From Pseudomonadales bacterium (GTDB lineage Bacteria > Pseudomonadota > Gammaproteobacteria > Pseudomonadales > JAHRWD01): a DNA stretch of 64,000 nt. Positions 20,710-29,042 of this stretch are shown here, piece after piece (position 1 is the first letter of the stretch; every line of letters starts with the position of its first letter). The stretch lies in contig JAESUM010000086.1 in NCBI GenBank assembly GCA_016763075.1, forward strand, positions 26 to 64,025. Reading direction: 5' to 3'. Below the pieces are notes generated by a model. It saw only the letters and a program-made list of their open reading frames with translations, was not told where the DNA came from and ran no database searches. The translations under genes were made by a program, and so were the position numbers.

Positions 20710-21939
20710 TTATAAACCCATCGCGTATCGAATAACTTGTTTTTTTAAGGGGCCAGCACGCTCTGCAATACCTAACCCTAGGGTTCTTATCAGCGCAGCG
20801 GGGGCACTATCGTTACTAAATGTTCGGTAGAAAAACTCCATTGCACAGATCATTTTTCGGTTTTCCTGAATTCGTTTTTTCTCATAAATCTTCAATACAT
20901 TTATCGAACCCAGCGGTTCATTGGCATCTTGTGCTTTGAGCAGTTGTTCCGCCAACATTGCAACATCTTGCATACCAATATTGACCCCTTGCCCCGCTAA
21001 TGGGTGAATGGTATGTGCGGCATCGCCAACTAAAGCGAAACCCGGTTTCACATAATTATGAGCATGACGGCGCGTGAGCGGAAAACTGCCTTTGGCCATT
21101 ACTTTTTGAACGCCTTCAAGGCGCTCTGGAAAGGTATCGAGCAGTTGATCTTGAAATTCATCCAGCGGCATTTTTTGCAGTTTTTGAATTTGATCTGGTG
21201 TGTGATACCAGACCGCTGCGCCATAACTTTGGCCGTTAACATCCGGTAATGGCAAAAAGGATTGTGGCCCGGTTGGGGTAAAATGTTGCCAGGTTACATC
21301 TTGCTGGGGGCCATCCATTTGCATCAGTGCCATTAATGCATGCTGCGGGTAATCTAGCGAACGAACGCCAATATTAATGGCTTTGCGCACCTGCGATATC
21401 GCACCATCTGCACCCACTACTAGGCTTGCCGTAAGCTGCTTACCGCTTTTTAAATACAGCTGAACTTCATCGCCCTGTCGTTCTAGGTTTTGTAGTTCTT
21501 CTGGCATCAGCAGGTCAACGTTAGAAGACTGTTCAAGCACTTGCTGCAGGGCTAACTGCAGTATTCTGTTTTCAACAATATAGCCCAGCGCGCTTTGGCC
21601 TACTTCTTCAGCTTTAAAATGGGTTTCGTTGCCGTGGCCGGATAACAGTTTTTTAACCAGCAAGTTTTCTGGTTCTTCCCACACACGCATATGTGCGTAC
21701 GGGCAGTGCCGCATGGCTTCAATGTTTGACCATGCACCCACTTGCTCAAACATTTTTTTAGAAGCTGGGCTGAAGGCAGAAACGCGTAAATCAGGTAGTG
21801 AATCTGGGTCAAAGGCTTTGGGCGTTACAGATTCAATCACTGCAATACGAATGCTGGATTGGACCATCAATGCTGCAAGCATTGAACCCACCATGCCGCC
21901 GCCTACAATCACGATGTCGTAACGTTCTGAAGCTGTCAT
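20710..21939 (-). CDS. UbiH/UbiF/VisC family FAD-dependent hydroxylase (most like UbiF)
   Basis: GGGMVG, DLRVSA, GADG and GDAAHTIHPLAGQGVN; start set to ATG 21939. Confidence 0.88.
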   Translation of the reverse strand: MTASERYDIVIVGGGMVGSMLAALMVQSSIRIAVIESVTPKAFDPDSLPDLRVSAFSPASKKMFEQVGAWSNIEAMRHCPYAHMRVWEEPENLLVKKLLSGHGNETHFKAEEVGQSALGYIVENRILQLALQQVLEQSSNVDLLMPEELQNLERQGDEVQLYLKSGKQLTASLVVGADGAISQVRKAINIGVRSLDYPQHALMALMQMDGPQQDVTWQHFTPTGPQSFLPLPDVNGQSYGAAVWYHTPDQIQKLQKMPLDEFQDQLLDTFPERLEGVQKVMAKGSFPLTRRHAHNYVKPGFALVGDAAHTIHPLAGQGVNIGMQDVAMLAEQLLKAQDANEPLGSINVLKIYEKKRIQENRKMICAMEFFYRTFSNDSAPAALIRTLGLGIAERAGPLKKQVIRYAMGL

Positions 21940-22062
21940 TTTTTCTCCGATATCACACAAATACAGGCGCTAGAATAACATGCCACAGCGGTGTTGAGCT
22001 AACGCACAGGAATACCTAATGGGGTAATACAGCGCTAAAGCCATGCTATTTGCGCTGCGCAA

Positions 22063-22572
22063 TTAATCACTCATACCGGGTTTACCGCGCATCTTTTTAG
22101 TGCTGGAGCGGGCCTTTTTGTTTTGCAGGCGCTGCATCTTTACTCGGTAAGGTTGGCGGGTGGGTTTGCGGATTTTGGGCTCAGGTTCGGCTTGTTGAAT
22201 GAGGGTAATTAAGCGCTGCTCGGCGTCGCGGCGGTTTTTTATTTGGTCTCGGTAGCGGTGTGCTTCAATCAAGATATGACCACTGCGGGTATAACGCTGA
22301 CCCGCCAGCTTTTTTAAACGCTCTTTTACTGGCTCCGGTAGCGTGTAGCAATTGGCAAGGTCGAAGCGTAACTGAACACTACTGGAAACTTTATTTACAT
22401 TTTGCCCACCTGGCCCCGATGCCCGGACAAATTGAACCTTCAAATTACGCGCTGGAATTTGAATTTTAGGGCTTACCCACAAGCCTTTGGTCTCGTTGGT
22501 TGCGCTATTTACATTGGTTGCGCTATTTACACGAGTCGCGCTATTTACGTTCGTTTCGTTTGGTTCGTTCAT
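22063..22572 (-). CDS. arfB: Alternative ribosome rescue factor ArfB (YaeJ)
   Basis: RASGPGGQNVNKVS GGQ motif and basic C-terminal tail. Confidence 0.93.
   Translation of the reverse strand: MNEPNETNVNSATRVNSATNVNSATNETKGLWVSPKIQIPARNLKVQFVRASGPGGQNVNKVSSSVQLRFDLANCYTLPEPVKERLKKLAGQRYTRSGHILIEAHRYRDQIKNRRDAEQRLITLIQQAEPEPKIRKPTRQPYRVKMQRLQNKKARSSTKKMRGKPGMSD
22495..22548. repeat. Three 18-bp tandem units (core GCGCTATTTAC) in the arfB 5' end
   Basis: Cores at 22502, 22520 and 22538; they encode (VNSAT-x)3. Confidence 0.9.
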
Positions 22573-22614
22573 TGCTTATTGATCTCTTACATTCGCCACC
22601 TGCATGAGCGTGGC

Positions 22615-23505
22615 TTACCAACTGTAGCCCAGGTTAACACTACCAAACGCCAGTTCGGAGCCGTTGTCCGGTGATTGCATACCCAAGTCAACGCCCACAT
22701 CTGCATGATCGCCAACCCCTACCGAGCCATAAACAACCAATGCGTTGCTACTGTTGCCCGTCACTAAAGAGCGGCTTCTGCTCCATTGAAGGCCCAATAA
22801 ACCTATCGAGTGGTACAGGCTCAGGTCTAAACCATAACTATGATCTTCAAGGCCTTGGGATAAGCTCAGGGTTACCGGCGAAAATATCTGAAATAACCGA
22901 GGTCGGGTACTTAAATCCAAATTGGTAACGTCCCAGTCGTACCGATCCTTTGAATAAAACGCTGAAGCGCCCATCCAATCTAAGCCGTCATAATTTATAC
23001 GGCCATACAAACCCGTACTGGAAATACCATTTTCAAGTGTTCGCAAAACCGGCAAAGACCGGCCGGTGATCACTTTAATTTCGCGTAGGCGCGGCTCGAT
23101 AGAAAGGCTCCACTGGGAGGCTTGCACAGTGAACTGAAGATTAACGGTTTCGATGGTGAAATCGCCGCTGTTGCCCCAGCGCTCTACGCTTAGCCCAAGA
23201 TCCACGAATTCATTCACAGCGGTAGAAAAACCACCGCCAATGGTTGAGCTACTTAAATCAGAGGTTAGAACCGCGTCATCGTTTTGGCTACCATAAACGG
23301 TAAAGGCTGTTCGGGATTCTGTGCGGTATTGATACGCGAAAGATTGGCTCTTCGCGTTTTGTTCATCAGCCCCTATCGATAAGCTAATGTATGACTGGCC
23401 TGTGGCACTTACGCTTATTAGCAACCAACAAAAGCCACACAAAACCCGCAACGTACTGGCTTGAACACAAGATACAGAAAACTTAAACAGGCTTAATGAT
23501 GGCAT
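22615..23505 (-). CDS. Putative outer-membrane beta-barrel protein
   Basis: Signal-peptide-like N-terminus ending VSATG, alternating amphipathic strands and C-terminal LGYSW beta-signal; start uncertain (23505 or 23544). Confidence 0.65.
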   Translation of the reverse strand: MPSLSLFKFSVSCVQASTLRVLCGFCWLLISVSATGQSYISLSIGADEQNAKSQSFAYQYRTESRTAFTVYGSQNDDAVLTSDLSSSTIGGGFSTAVNEFVDLGLSVERWGNSGDFTIETVNLQFTVQASQWSLSIEPRLREIKVITGRSLPVLRTLENGISSTGLYGRINYDGLDWMGASAFYSKDRYDWDVTNLDLSTRPRLFQIFSPVTLSLSQGLEDHSYGLDLSLYHSIGLLGLQWSRSRSLVTGNSSNALVVYGSVGVGDHADVGVDLGMQSPDNGSELAFGSVNLGYSW

Positions 23506-23518
23506 TAGTTTTGGATAT

Positions 23519-24322
23519 TTATTGGTCTTGGTATTTACGTGCAAGGCCTAGTTTGTATCCGCCTGCCACATCAATATTAATGCCAGAAATATAGGTACCT
23601 TTGGTCAGTAAAAACAAAATAGTGTCGGCAATTTCTTGCGGCATACCCGGGCGCTCTAGTGGGATAATTTGTTCAATGTTATCGGGTAAATCTACCGAGT
23701 TATCTAATTGGCCAGGGCTTACCATGTTGGCCCGAATACCGGATTTACCAAATTCTTGCGCTAAATTTTTGGTTAGCAGCAGTAAAGCGGTCTTGGTGAT
23801 TTGATAGGTCGAGGCATAACTATTAGCGGCCAACAGCTCGGTGCCGGCATAGCCAATGTTAATGATATTAGCGTTCTGGCTTTTAAGCAGCAGCGGTAAA
23901 CAGCTACGAATAAGCGCGTAGGGCGATGTAAGGTTGGCGCACAGCGTGTGTTGAAACTGCTCTAGCGATAACTCAAGGGTTCCCGAAACCGGGTACACCC
24001 CAACATTGTTGACGATGATATCGAGCTTACCGATTTGCTCGATGACTCGTTCGCCTAAGGCTTGAGCGGCTCCCGGATCGCTAAAATCAGCGCTCATGCA
24101 GGTTGCTTGAACCCCCAATGACTTTATTTCAGTGGCTAGTTCCTGTGCGGCTGTTTCGTTTTGGTTGTAATGAATCACCAAATCAGCGCCAGATTGCGCC
24201 AGCGATAACGCAATACACCGACCTGTACGCAACGCTGCACCTGTGACCAATGCGGTTTGCCCGGTTAAAGGTTTGTCTGTGTTTGGCCCGTCATTGGTTG
24301 GCATATTGGGTTGATCAGTCAT
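23519..24322 (-). CDS. SDR oxidoreductase, pteridine reductase/FolM-like
   Basis: TGAALRTG (TGAAxRxG pteridine-reductase-type cofactor motif), IHY and YQITK; sits immediately after folB. Confidence 0.75.
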   Translation of the reverse strand: MTDQPNMPTNDGPNTDKPLTGQTALVTGAALRTGRCIALSLAQSGADLVIHYNQNETAAQELATEIKSLGVQATCMSADFSDPGAAQALGERVIEQIGKLDIIVNNVGVYPVSGTLELSLEQFQHTLCANLTSPYALIRSCLPLLLKSQNANIINIGYAGTELLAANSYASTYQITKTALLLLTKNLAQEFGKSGIRANMVSPGQLDNSVDLPDNIEQIIPLERPGMPQEIADTILFLLTKGTYISGINIDVAGGYKLGLARKYQDQ

Positions 24323-24376
24323 TAATTTTCCTGGCGCTTATCTGAACTGGCATCTGTTGTGGCATATGTGGCCGCA

Positions 24377-24739
24377 TTAGCGTTGTCGGTGTTTTTCCAT
24401 TCTTGCGCCCACTGCATCTGCGTTATCTACCGCGTTGGGTTTACGCGTGGTTACCACTACGCGCTGAACCCGTGGTTCGGTTTCTAAAATAAGATCGCAG
24501 GCTTGTGCCACTAAAGTTTCAACCAATTGATAGGCTTTTTTATGAACCAGTTCTTCCAACAAGGTGGCAATTTCTGCGTAATTTACGGTGTCAGATACAT
24601 GTTCGCTGGCCGCTGCTGCGGTAAAGTCGCAATCCATTTCAACGTCTATAAATAACGGCTGCGGGGTAATTCTTTCTGCCGGCAAAATACCAATAATGCA
24701 TTCAAGTTCGAGCCGGTCTATGAGCACGGTGCCAATCAT
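24377..24739 (-). CDS. folB: Dihydroneopterin aldolase
   Basis: IIGILPAER...Q, DTVNY, LVETL and RKP catalytic residues; 120 aa. Confidence 0.92.
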   Translation of the reverse strand: MIGTVLIDRLELECIIGILPAERITPQPLFIDVEMDCDFTAAAASEHVSDTVNYAEIATLLEELVHKKAYQLVETLVAQACDLILETEPRVQRVVVTTRKPNAVDNADAVGARMEKHRQR

Positions 24740-24826
24740 AATGATTCCTATTGTTTCAAATTCGTTTTAATCAATTTATACATACACTTACAAAATGACT
24801 TTAAGTTTTTTTCTGATCAATTAAAG

Positions 24827-25876
24827 TTACAAATAACCCTTATTACGAGACATATTGACTGCTTCTCGGGTAGGCACATTGAGGTTTAGTTCAATGCATG
24901 CTTCATAACTGTGCCAACCAATGCTACGAGATTCATAATTTTTTTGAAGCTTAACGGGGCCTTTAATACGTGAAAAATAATTTATCAAAATAAAGTGCCT
25001 AGGTTTGTGAAACTCGTCACTTTCTATGCTGTCTTGTGCAATCAACCAAGTAGCGTTATCAAGCTCGATACCGGTCTCTTCTTTAATCTCCCGATAATAG
25101 GCCTGCTCCATGGTTTCGCCGTAGTCAATTTTACCACCGGGCAAACCGTATTTATCCGACCATTTGCGGGTTTTGACCAGCAACAGTTGGTTATCATCGT
25201 TAACAATCAAACCACCCACAGTGGCAATCACTTTCTTTTCTGTGGCTATTAGGTGGTCTCGGTCAAGATAGGTAACGATATCTGAAATATTATGAAATGC
25301 CGCATCGGGCCGGCCCGGCATCATTTTGGCTTCGCTTGAATAACCGTACAATGCTGCGCCTGCTCGGCAGCCAGCAAAATGTGCGGCTTCTAAATCGTGT
25401 GGGGTATCGCCTATATACAGTGTTTCGTCGGCATTCCAACCTTGAGTTTCAATCAGTTTTTTTAGCACCGGGAGTTTATCTGCGGCGTTACCCACCACTA
25501 CTTCAAGTAGCTCATCGAGCTTATGATGTTGCACCAAAGGTTCTAGCACGCCATGGTCCATGGTTGACAAAATTGCTGCATTTAAACCCCGAAATTTTAG
25601 TAGCTCCAGTAAAAACTTGGCGTCTTTAAATAGTTCGGTTTCAAACTGCCGTATTTTAAAACGGCTAAAGAATAGCTCGTCTAATTCATTACGTGGAACT
25701 GGGCCGGTATGCCGGTGGTAAAATTTCTCTACCGGTATGGCAAATTCACGCTTGTAGGTTTCAAGGTCAATAGACTTTGCACCATAATGATTAAGCACGT
25801 CGTTGGTCACCTCTAAGGTGAGGTGTTCGTCGTTGCCGAGCGTGCCAGACCAATCAAAAATTACATTGCGAATCAT
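24827..25876 (-). CDS. HAD-family phosphatase / Nudix hydrolase fusion
   Basis: N-terminal FDWSGTL...IGDTPHD (HAD); C-terminal GKIDYGETMEQAYYREIKEETGI is an intact Nudix box. Confidence 0.88.
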   Translation of the reverse strand: MIRNVIFDWSGTLGNDEHLTLEVTNDVLNHYGAKSIDLETYKREFAIPVEKFYHRHTGPVPRNELDELFFSRFKIRQFETELFKDAKFLLELLKFRGLNAAILSTMDHGVLEPLVQHHKLDELLEVVVGNAADKLPVLKKLIETQGWNADETLYIGDTPHDLEAAHFAGCRAGAALYGYSSEAKMMPGRPDAAFHNISDIVTYLDRDHLIATEKKVIATVGGLIVNDDNQLLLVKTRKWSDKYGLPGGKIDYGETMEQAYYREIKEETGIELDNATWLIAQDSIESDEFHKPRHFILINYFSRIKGPVKLQKNYESRSIGWHSYEACIELNLNVPTREAVNMSRNKGYL

Positions 25877-26628
25877 TCGGCATTACTGCCTTTCTCGGCA
25901 TCCGTTTGTTTGACGCTCATTCGGGCAATGAAATTACGTGTACTCCAAATACCCAGGTAGCAAAGGGGTGTATCTGCTGCAGCTATCGCAATTTTGAATA
26001 GATAAATCACCGCCATAACTTCAAGGCCTTGCACAAAACCCCAACCAAATGCGCCGTAAAACAAGAAGGAGTTTACGATGAAGGTATCCAATAATTGCGA
26101 CACCATGGTAGAGCCATTGTTACGCAGCCAAAGGTGTTTGCCGTTGGTAAGGCGGCGGAAAAAATGGAACAGGTAGTTGTCGCACAGCTGCGCTACCAAA
26201 TACGCACACATGGAGCCCGTCACTAACCACCAACCCACACCAAAGCTGCCTAACCAAGCGTTTTGCATGGCTGCACCGTCTTTAAGATCAGTGGCTATAG
26301 CTGAGCCCCAAATTGGCGAAGCGGGTAACGCAATGGATATTTGCACGATTACCAGCATCAGCAAGGTCATGCCAAAGCCCATGACTACCATGCGGTCGGC
26401 TCGTCGTTTACCGTAAATTTCTGACACGATGTCTGTAACTAAAAACGTTAGCGGATAAGTGATAAGGCCTGCGGTTAGGGTGAAACCAAACCAAACAAAT
26501 AGCTTTTGGCCGATGATATTGGTCAATACCAACAGGGTTACAAATACCATGGCCAACACCACATAAACGCGGTCTGACCAATTAAGTGATGGGTGATTAA
26601 CCGGCCCGCCGGTTTGTAGAATAGACAT
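25873..26628 (-). CDS. yhhQ: YhhQ/DUF165 (VUT) family transporter, queuosine-precursor-transporter-like
   Basis: YPLTFLVTDIVSEIYG, AYLVAQLCD, LWLRNNGSTMVSQLLDT and DTP; ATGA overlap with the HAD-Nudix gene. Confidence 0.88.
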   Translation of the reverse strand: MSILQTGGPVNHPSLNWSDRVYVVLAMVFVTLLVLTNIIGQKLFVWFGFTLTAGLITYPLTFLVTDIVSEIYGKRRADRMVVMGFGMTLLMLVIVQISIALPASPIWGSAIATDLKDGAAMQNAWLGSFGVGWWLVTGSMCAYLVAQLCDNYLFHFFRRLTNGKHLWLRNNGSTMVSQLLDTFIVNSFLFYGAFGWGFVQGLEVMAVIYLFKIAIAAADTPLCYLGIWSTRNFIARMSVKQTDAEKGSNAE

Positions 26629-26681
26629 AAACCAAAATTCTCACGCAGTGAACAAATGAAGCACAGCAAACAATGCTGCCA

Positions 26682-26709
26682 ATTCTACTGGATGATGGTG
26701 GCGAGACAA
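26682..26709 (-). promoter_or_regulatory. Putative sigma70 promoter of the yhhQ-folB cluster
   Basis: Minus strand TTGTCT-16 bp-TAGAAT. Confidence 0.45.
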
Positions 26710-26933
26710 AGCACAAGCATCGCTACACCTGAATCAAACCCAACGAGCGTGATGCCATACGATAACAATGGCGGCGATTTAGCTTAGAAATTGACGCATG
26801 ATGTTTCTATCCGAACAGTTGTAATTAACATCAATGGTAATATGGCAACACCGCTGTAGTACCATTTGCTTAAGCCACCCCCTGTAACATGACCACCTCC
26901 CATGTAATCACCCAGCGCAACAGAACCAAATAA

Positions 26934-28463
26934 ATGAATCTTTACCTTATGACCAATTATCCCCGGCAGATGTTTAACCGCGTATTATGCGTGTATTTAT
27001 ACGCGTTGTTCTGCATATCAATAAGTACCAGCGCTCTGGCACAACGAGACCCAAACAAGGTATTAACCTATGAACACTTTCTTGGGCAAACTCCTAACAC
27101 CGGCGCGGTTAAATCTTTCGAGCTAAACGCCAGCGTATCTAAACTTACTATTGCTGGGGCCAAACCCACCACTCTTTGGTCATACAATAAAAAAGTACCC
27201 GGCCCAGTTTTGCGGGTTCAACAAGGCGACCAAGTAAAAATCACCTTTCGCAATAATTTGCCGGAGCCAACCACCACTCATTGGCACGGTATGCGCGTAC
27301 CCAACGCAATGGACGGCGTACCCGGTGTCACCCAAGCACCGGTAGCCCCCGGTGGTACTTTTGTGTACCAATTCCAAGCATTAGATGCTGGTACCTATTG
27401 GTTCCACCCACATATGAGATCCCACGAGCAAGTTGAACGAGGGCTTTACGGCGTGCTCATCGTCGAATCAATAGATGACCCAGTGTACGACCAAGAATGG
27501 GTTTGGGTACTCGATGATTGGTTGCTCACAAGCCAAGGCGCAGTTGAAGATAGTTTTGGTGTTAGAGATTTAGATACCGGCGGAAGGCTTGGAAACGTAC
27601 TGACCATCAACGGAAAAAACAAACCAGCCTTCGAAGCTAAAGCCGGTGAACGCATTCGAATTCGCATCATCAATGCATCTAATGCGCGTAATTATAAATT
27701 GGACTTCGGTGCTGCGGTAAGCAATAAAGAAGGGGTTATTTTTGCAGTAGATGGTAATTTAACGGCGCTACCTTTGCAGATAAACGGTTTTGAAATAGCT
27801 CCGGGGAACCGTATTGATATAGACCTTACGGTTCCCACTGGAAATATAAAACGTATACCTATTGTAAATACGTTCTTTCACCGCGAAGCCCGCGGCAATG
27901 TATCTACCGGGCTTGAAACACTCGCAACGATCAACATTGTTGGGCAAACACAAACCCCAAAGAGTTTTGATATACCCAAACACGAGCGGATGCCTAATTG
28001 GTCTTCTGCCCACCAACTCCCCATTGATTACAGCTATGACTTCAGCACCAAAATAAATTTTGGTTTCCTTTGGAATGGCGGCCCTACGGTTCATTTTGTT
28101 ATTAATGAAAAACGATACGGCGAACATGAAGTTACGCAGTTAAAGCACCGTAAGTTTTACCATTTACGTTTTACCAACGGCACCGGGTTGTATCATCCAA
28201 TCCATCTTCATGGCATGTTTTTCAAAGTACTTAGCCGCAACGGTGTACAGGTGAACGAGCCATTTTTCAGAGACACCGCGCTGCTAGATTACGATGGCTC
28301 GATAGAAATTGGTGTAGTGCCGGTGGACCTAGGGAAATGGATGCTGCATTGCCACCTTCTTGAACATTCGGCACTGGGCATGATGACACTGGTTGAAGTT
28401 ACTGAGAAATCCAAGAAACCCAAAAACCAATCTAGTAGTGGAGCTTTGGAATGCCAAAATTAA
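26934..28463 (+). CDS. Three-domain multicopper oxidase
   Basis: HWHG, WFHPH, HPIHLHG and HCHLLEHSALGM copper ligands; signal peptide. Confidence 0.93.
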   Translation: MNLYLMTNYPRQMFNRVLCVYLYALFCISISTSALAQRDPNKVLTYEHFLGQTPNTGAVKSFELNASVSKLTIAGAKPTTLWSYNKKVPGPVLRVQQGDQVKITFRNNLPEPTTTHWHGMRVPNAMDGVPGVTQAPVAPGGTFVYQFQALDAGTYWFHPHMRSHEQVERGLYGVLIVESIDDPVYDQEWVWVLDDWLLTSQGAVEDSFGVRDLDTGGRLGNVLTINGKNKPAFEAKAGERIRIRIINASNARNYKLDFGAAVSNKEGVIFAVDGNLTALPLQINGFEIAPGNRIDIDLTVPTGNIKRIPIVNTFFHREARGNVSTGLETLATINIVGQTQTPKSFDIPKHERMPNWSSAHQLPIDYSYDFSTKINFGFLWNGGPTVHFVINEKRYGEHEVTQLKHRKFYHLRFTNGTGLYHPIHLHGMFFKVLSRNGVQVNEPFFRDTALLDYDGSIEIGVVPVDLGKWMLHCHLLEHSALGMMTLVEVTEKSKKPKNQSSSGALECQN

Positions 28464-28476
28464 TTGCAGGTTTTTG

Positions 28477-28902
28477 ATGAGCGCTGCAATTCAGCCTAAT
28501 GTACAAACAGTATTTGATGCTCAACCCGAACCGATCCGCATTAGGTTGCTGTACCTGCGTCAGTTAATTTTAGAAACCGCATTTGAAAACGAGATTGGTA
28601 CGATTGAAGAAACACTCAAGTGGCGTGAGCCCAACTACCTGGCTAGAAAAGGCAGTACAATCCGAATTAACCGGGTTAAATCCAACCCTGATCAAGTAGC
28701 AATTTATTTCAATTGTAAAACCAAGTTCGGCGGCACCTTCCGCGAACTTTATTGTGAAGAATTTAATTTTGAGAGCAACCGTGCAATTATTTTTTATGAT
28801 AAAAACCCAATCCCTGTTGAAGCGCTTAAACACTGTATTCTTCTTTCTCTTACCTATCGCAACCGAAAAAACCTACCTTTGTTAAGGGGCTTAAGAACCT
28901 AA
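28477..28902 (+). CDS. DUF1801 (YdhG-like) domain protein
   Basis: LRQLI, IEETLKWxEPxY, GSTIR and YFNC pattern; start set to ATG 28477. Confidence 0.8.
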   Translation: MSAAIQPNVQTVFDAQPEPIRIRLLYLRQLILETAFENEIGTIEETLKWREPNYLARKGSTIRINRVKSNPDQVAIYFNCKTKFGGTFRELYCEEFNFESNRAIIFYDKNPIPVEALKHCILLSLTYRNRKNLPLLRGLRT

Positions 28903-28948
28903 CCAACAATCCCTTATACAAACCGTTATTGGTTAGATTACCCGGCAT

Positions 28949-28989
28949 AAAAAAAGCGGTAATCTCGATTCATAAACCGAAATTACCGC
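28949..28989 (-). terminator. Rho-independent terminator of the BVMO gene
   Basis: Minus strand GCGGTAATTTCG-loop-CGAGATTACCGC followed by T7. Confidence 0.8.
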
Positions 28990-29042
28990 CTACTAGTTGC
29001 AGCGTTAGTTGTAGCGCTAATTAACTAAAAACTTTTGCTGCA

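Noticed and set aside
22495-22548. Regularly spaced repeats as a mini-CRISPR (also 55302-55341 and 12261-12332)
   Set aside because: Units are 8-18 bp with no unique spacers of CRISPR length and no cas genes in the window
26629-26933. preQ1 riboswitch upstream of the yhhQ homologue
   Set aside because: No preQ1-I-like short stem with an A-rich tail was seen, and the predicted promoter leaves only a ~45-nt leader
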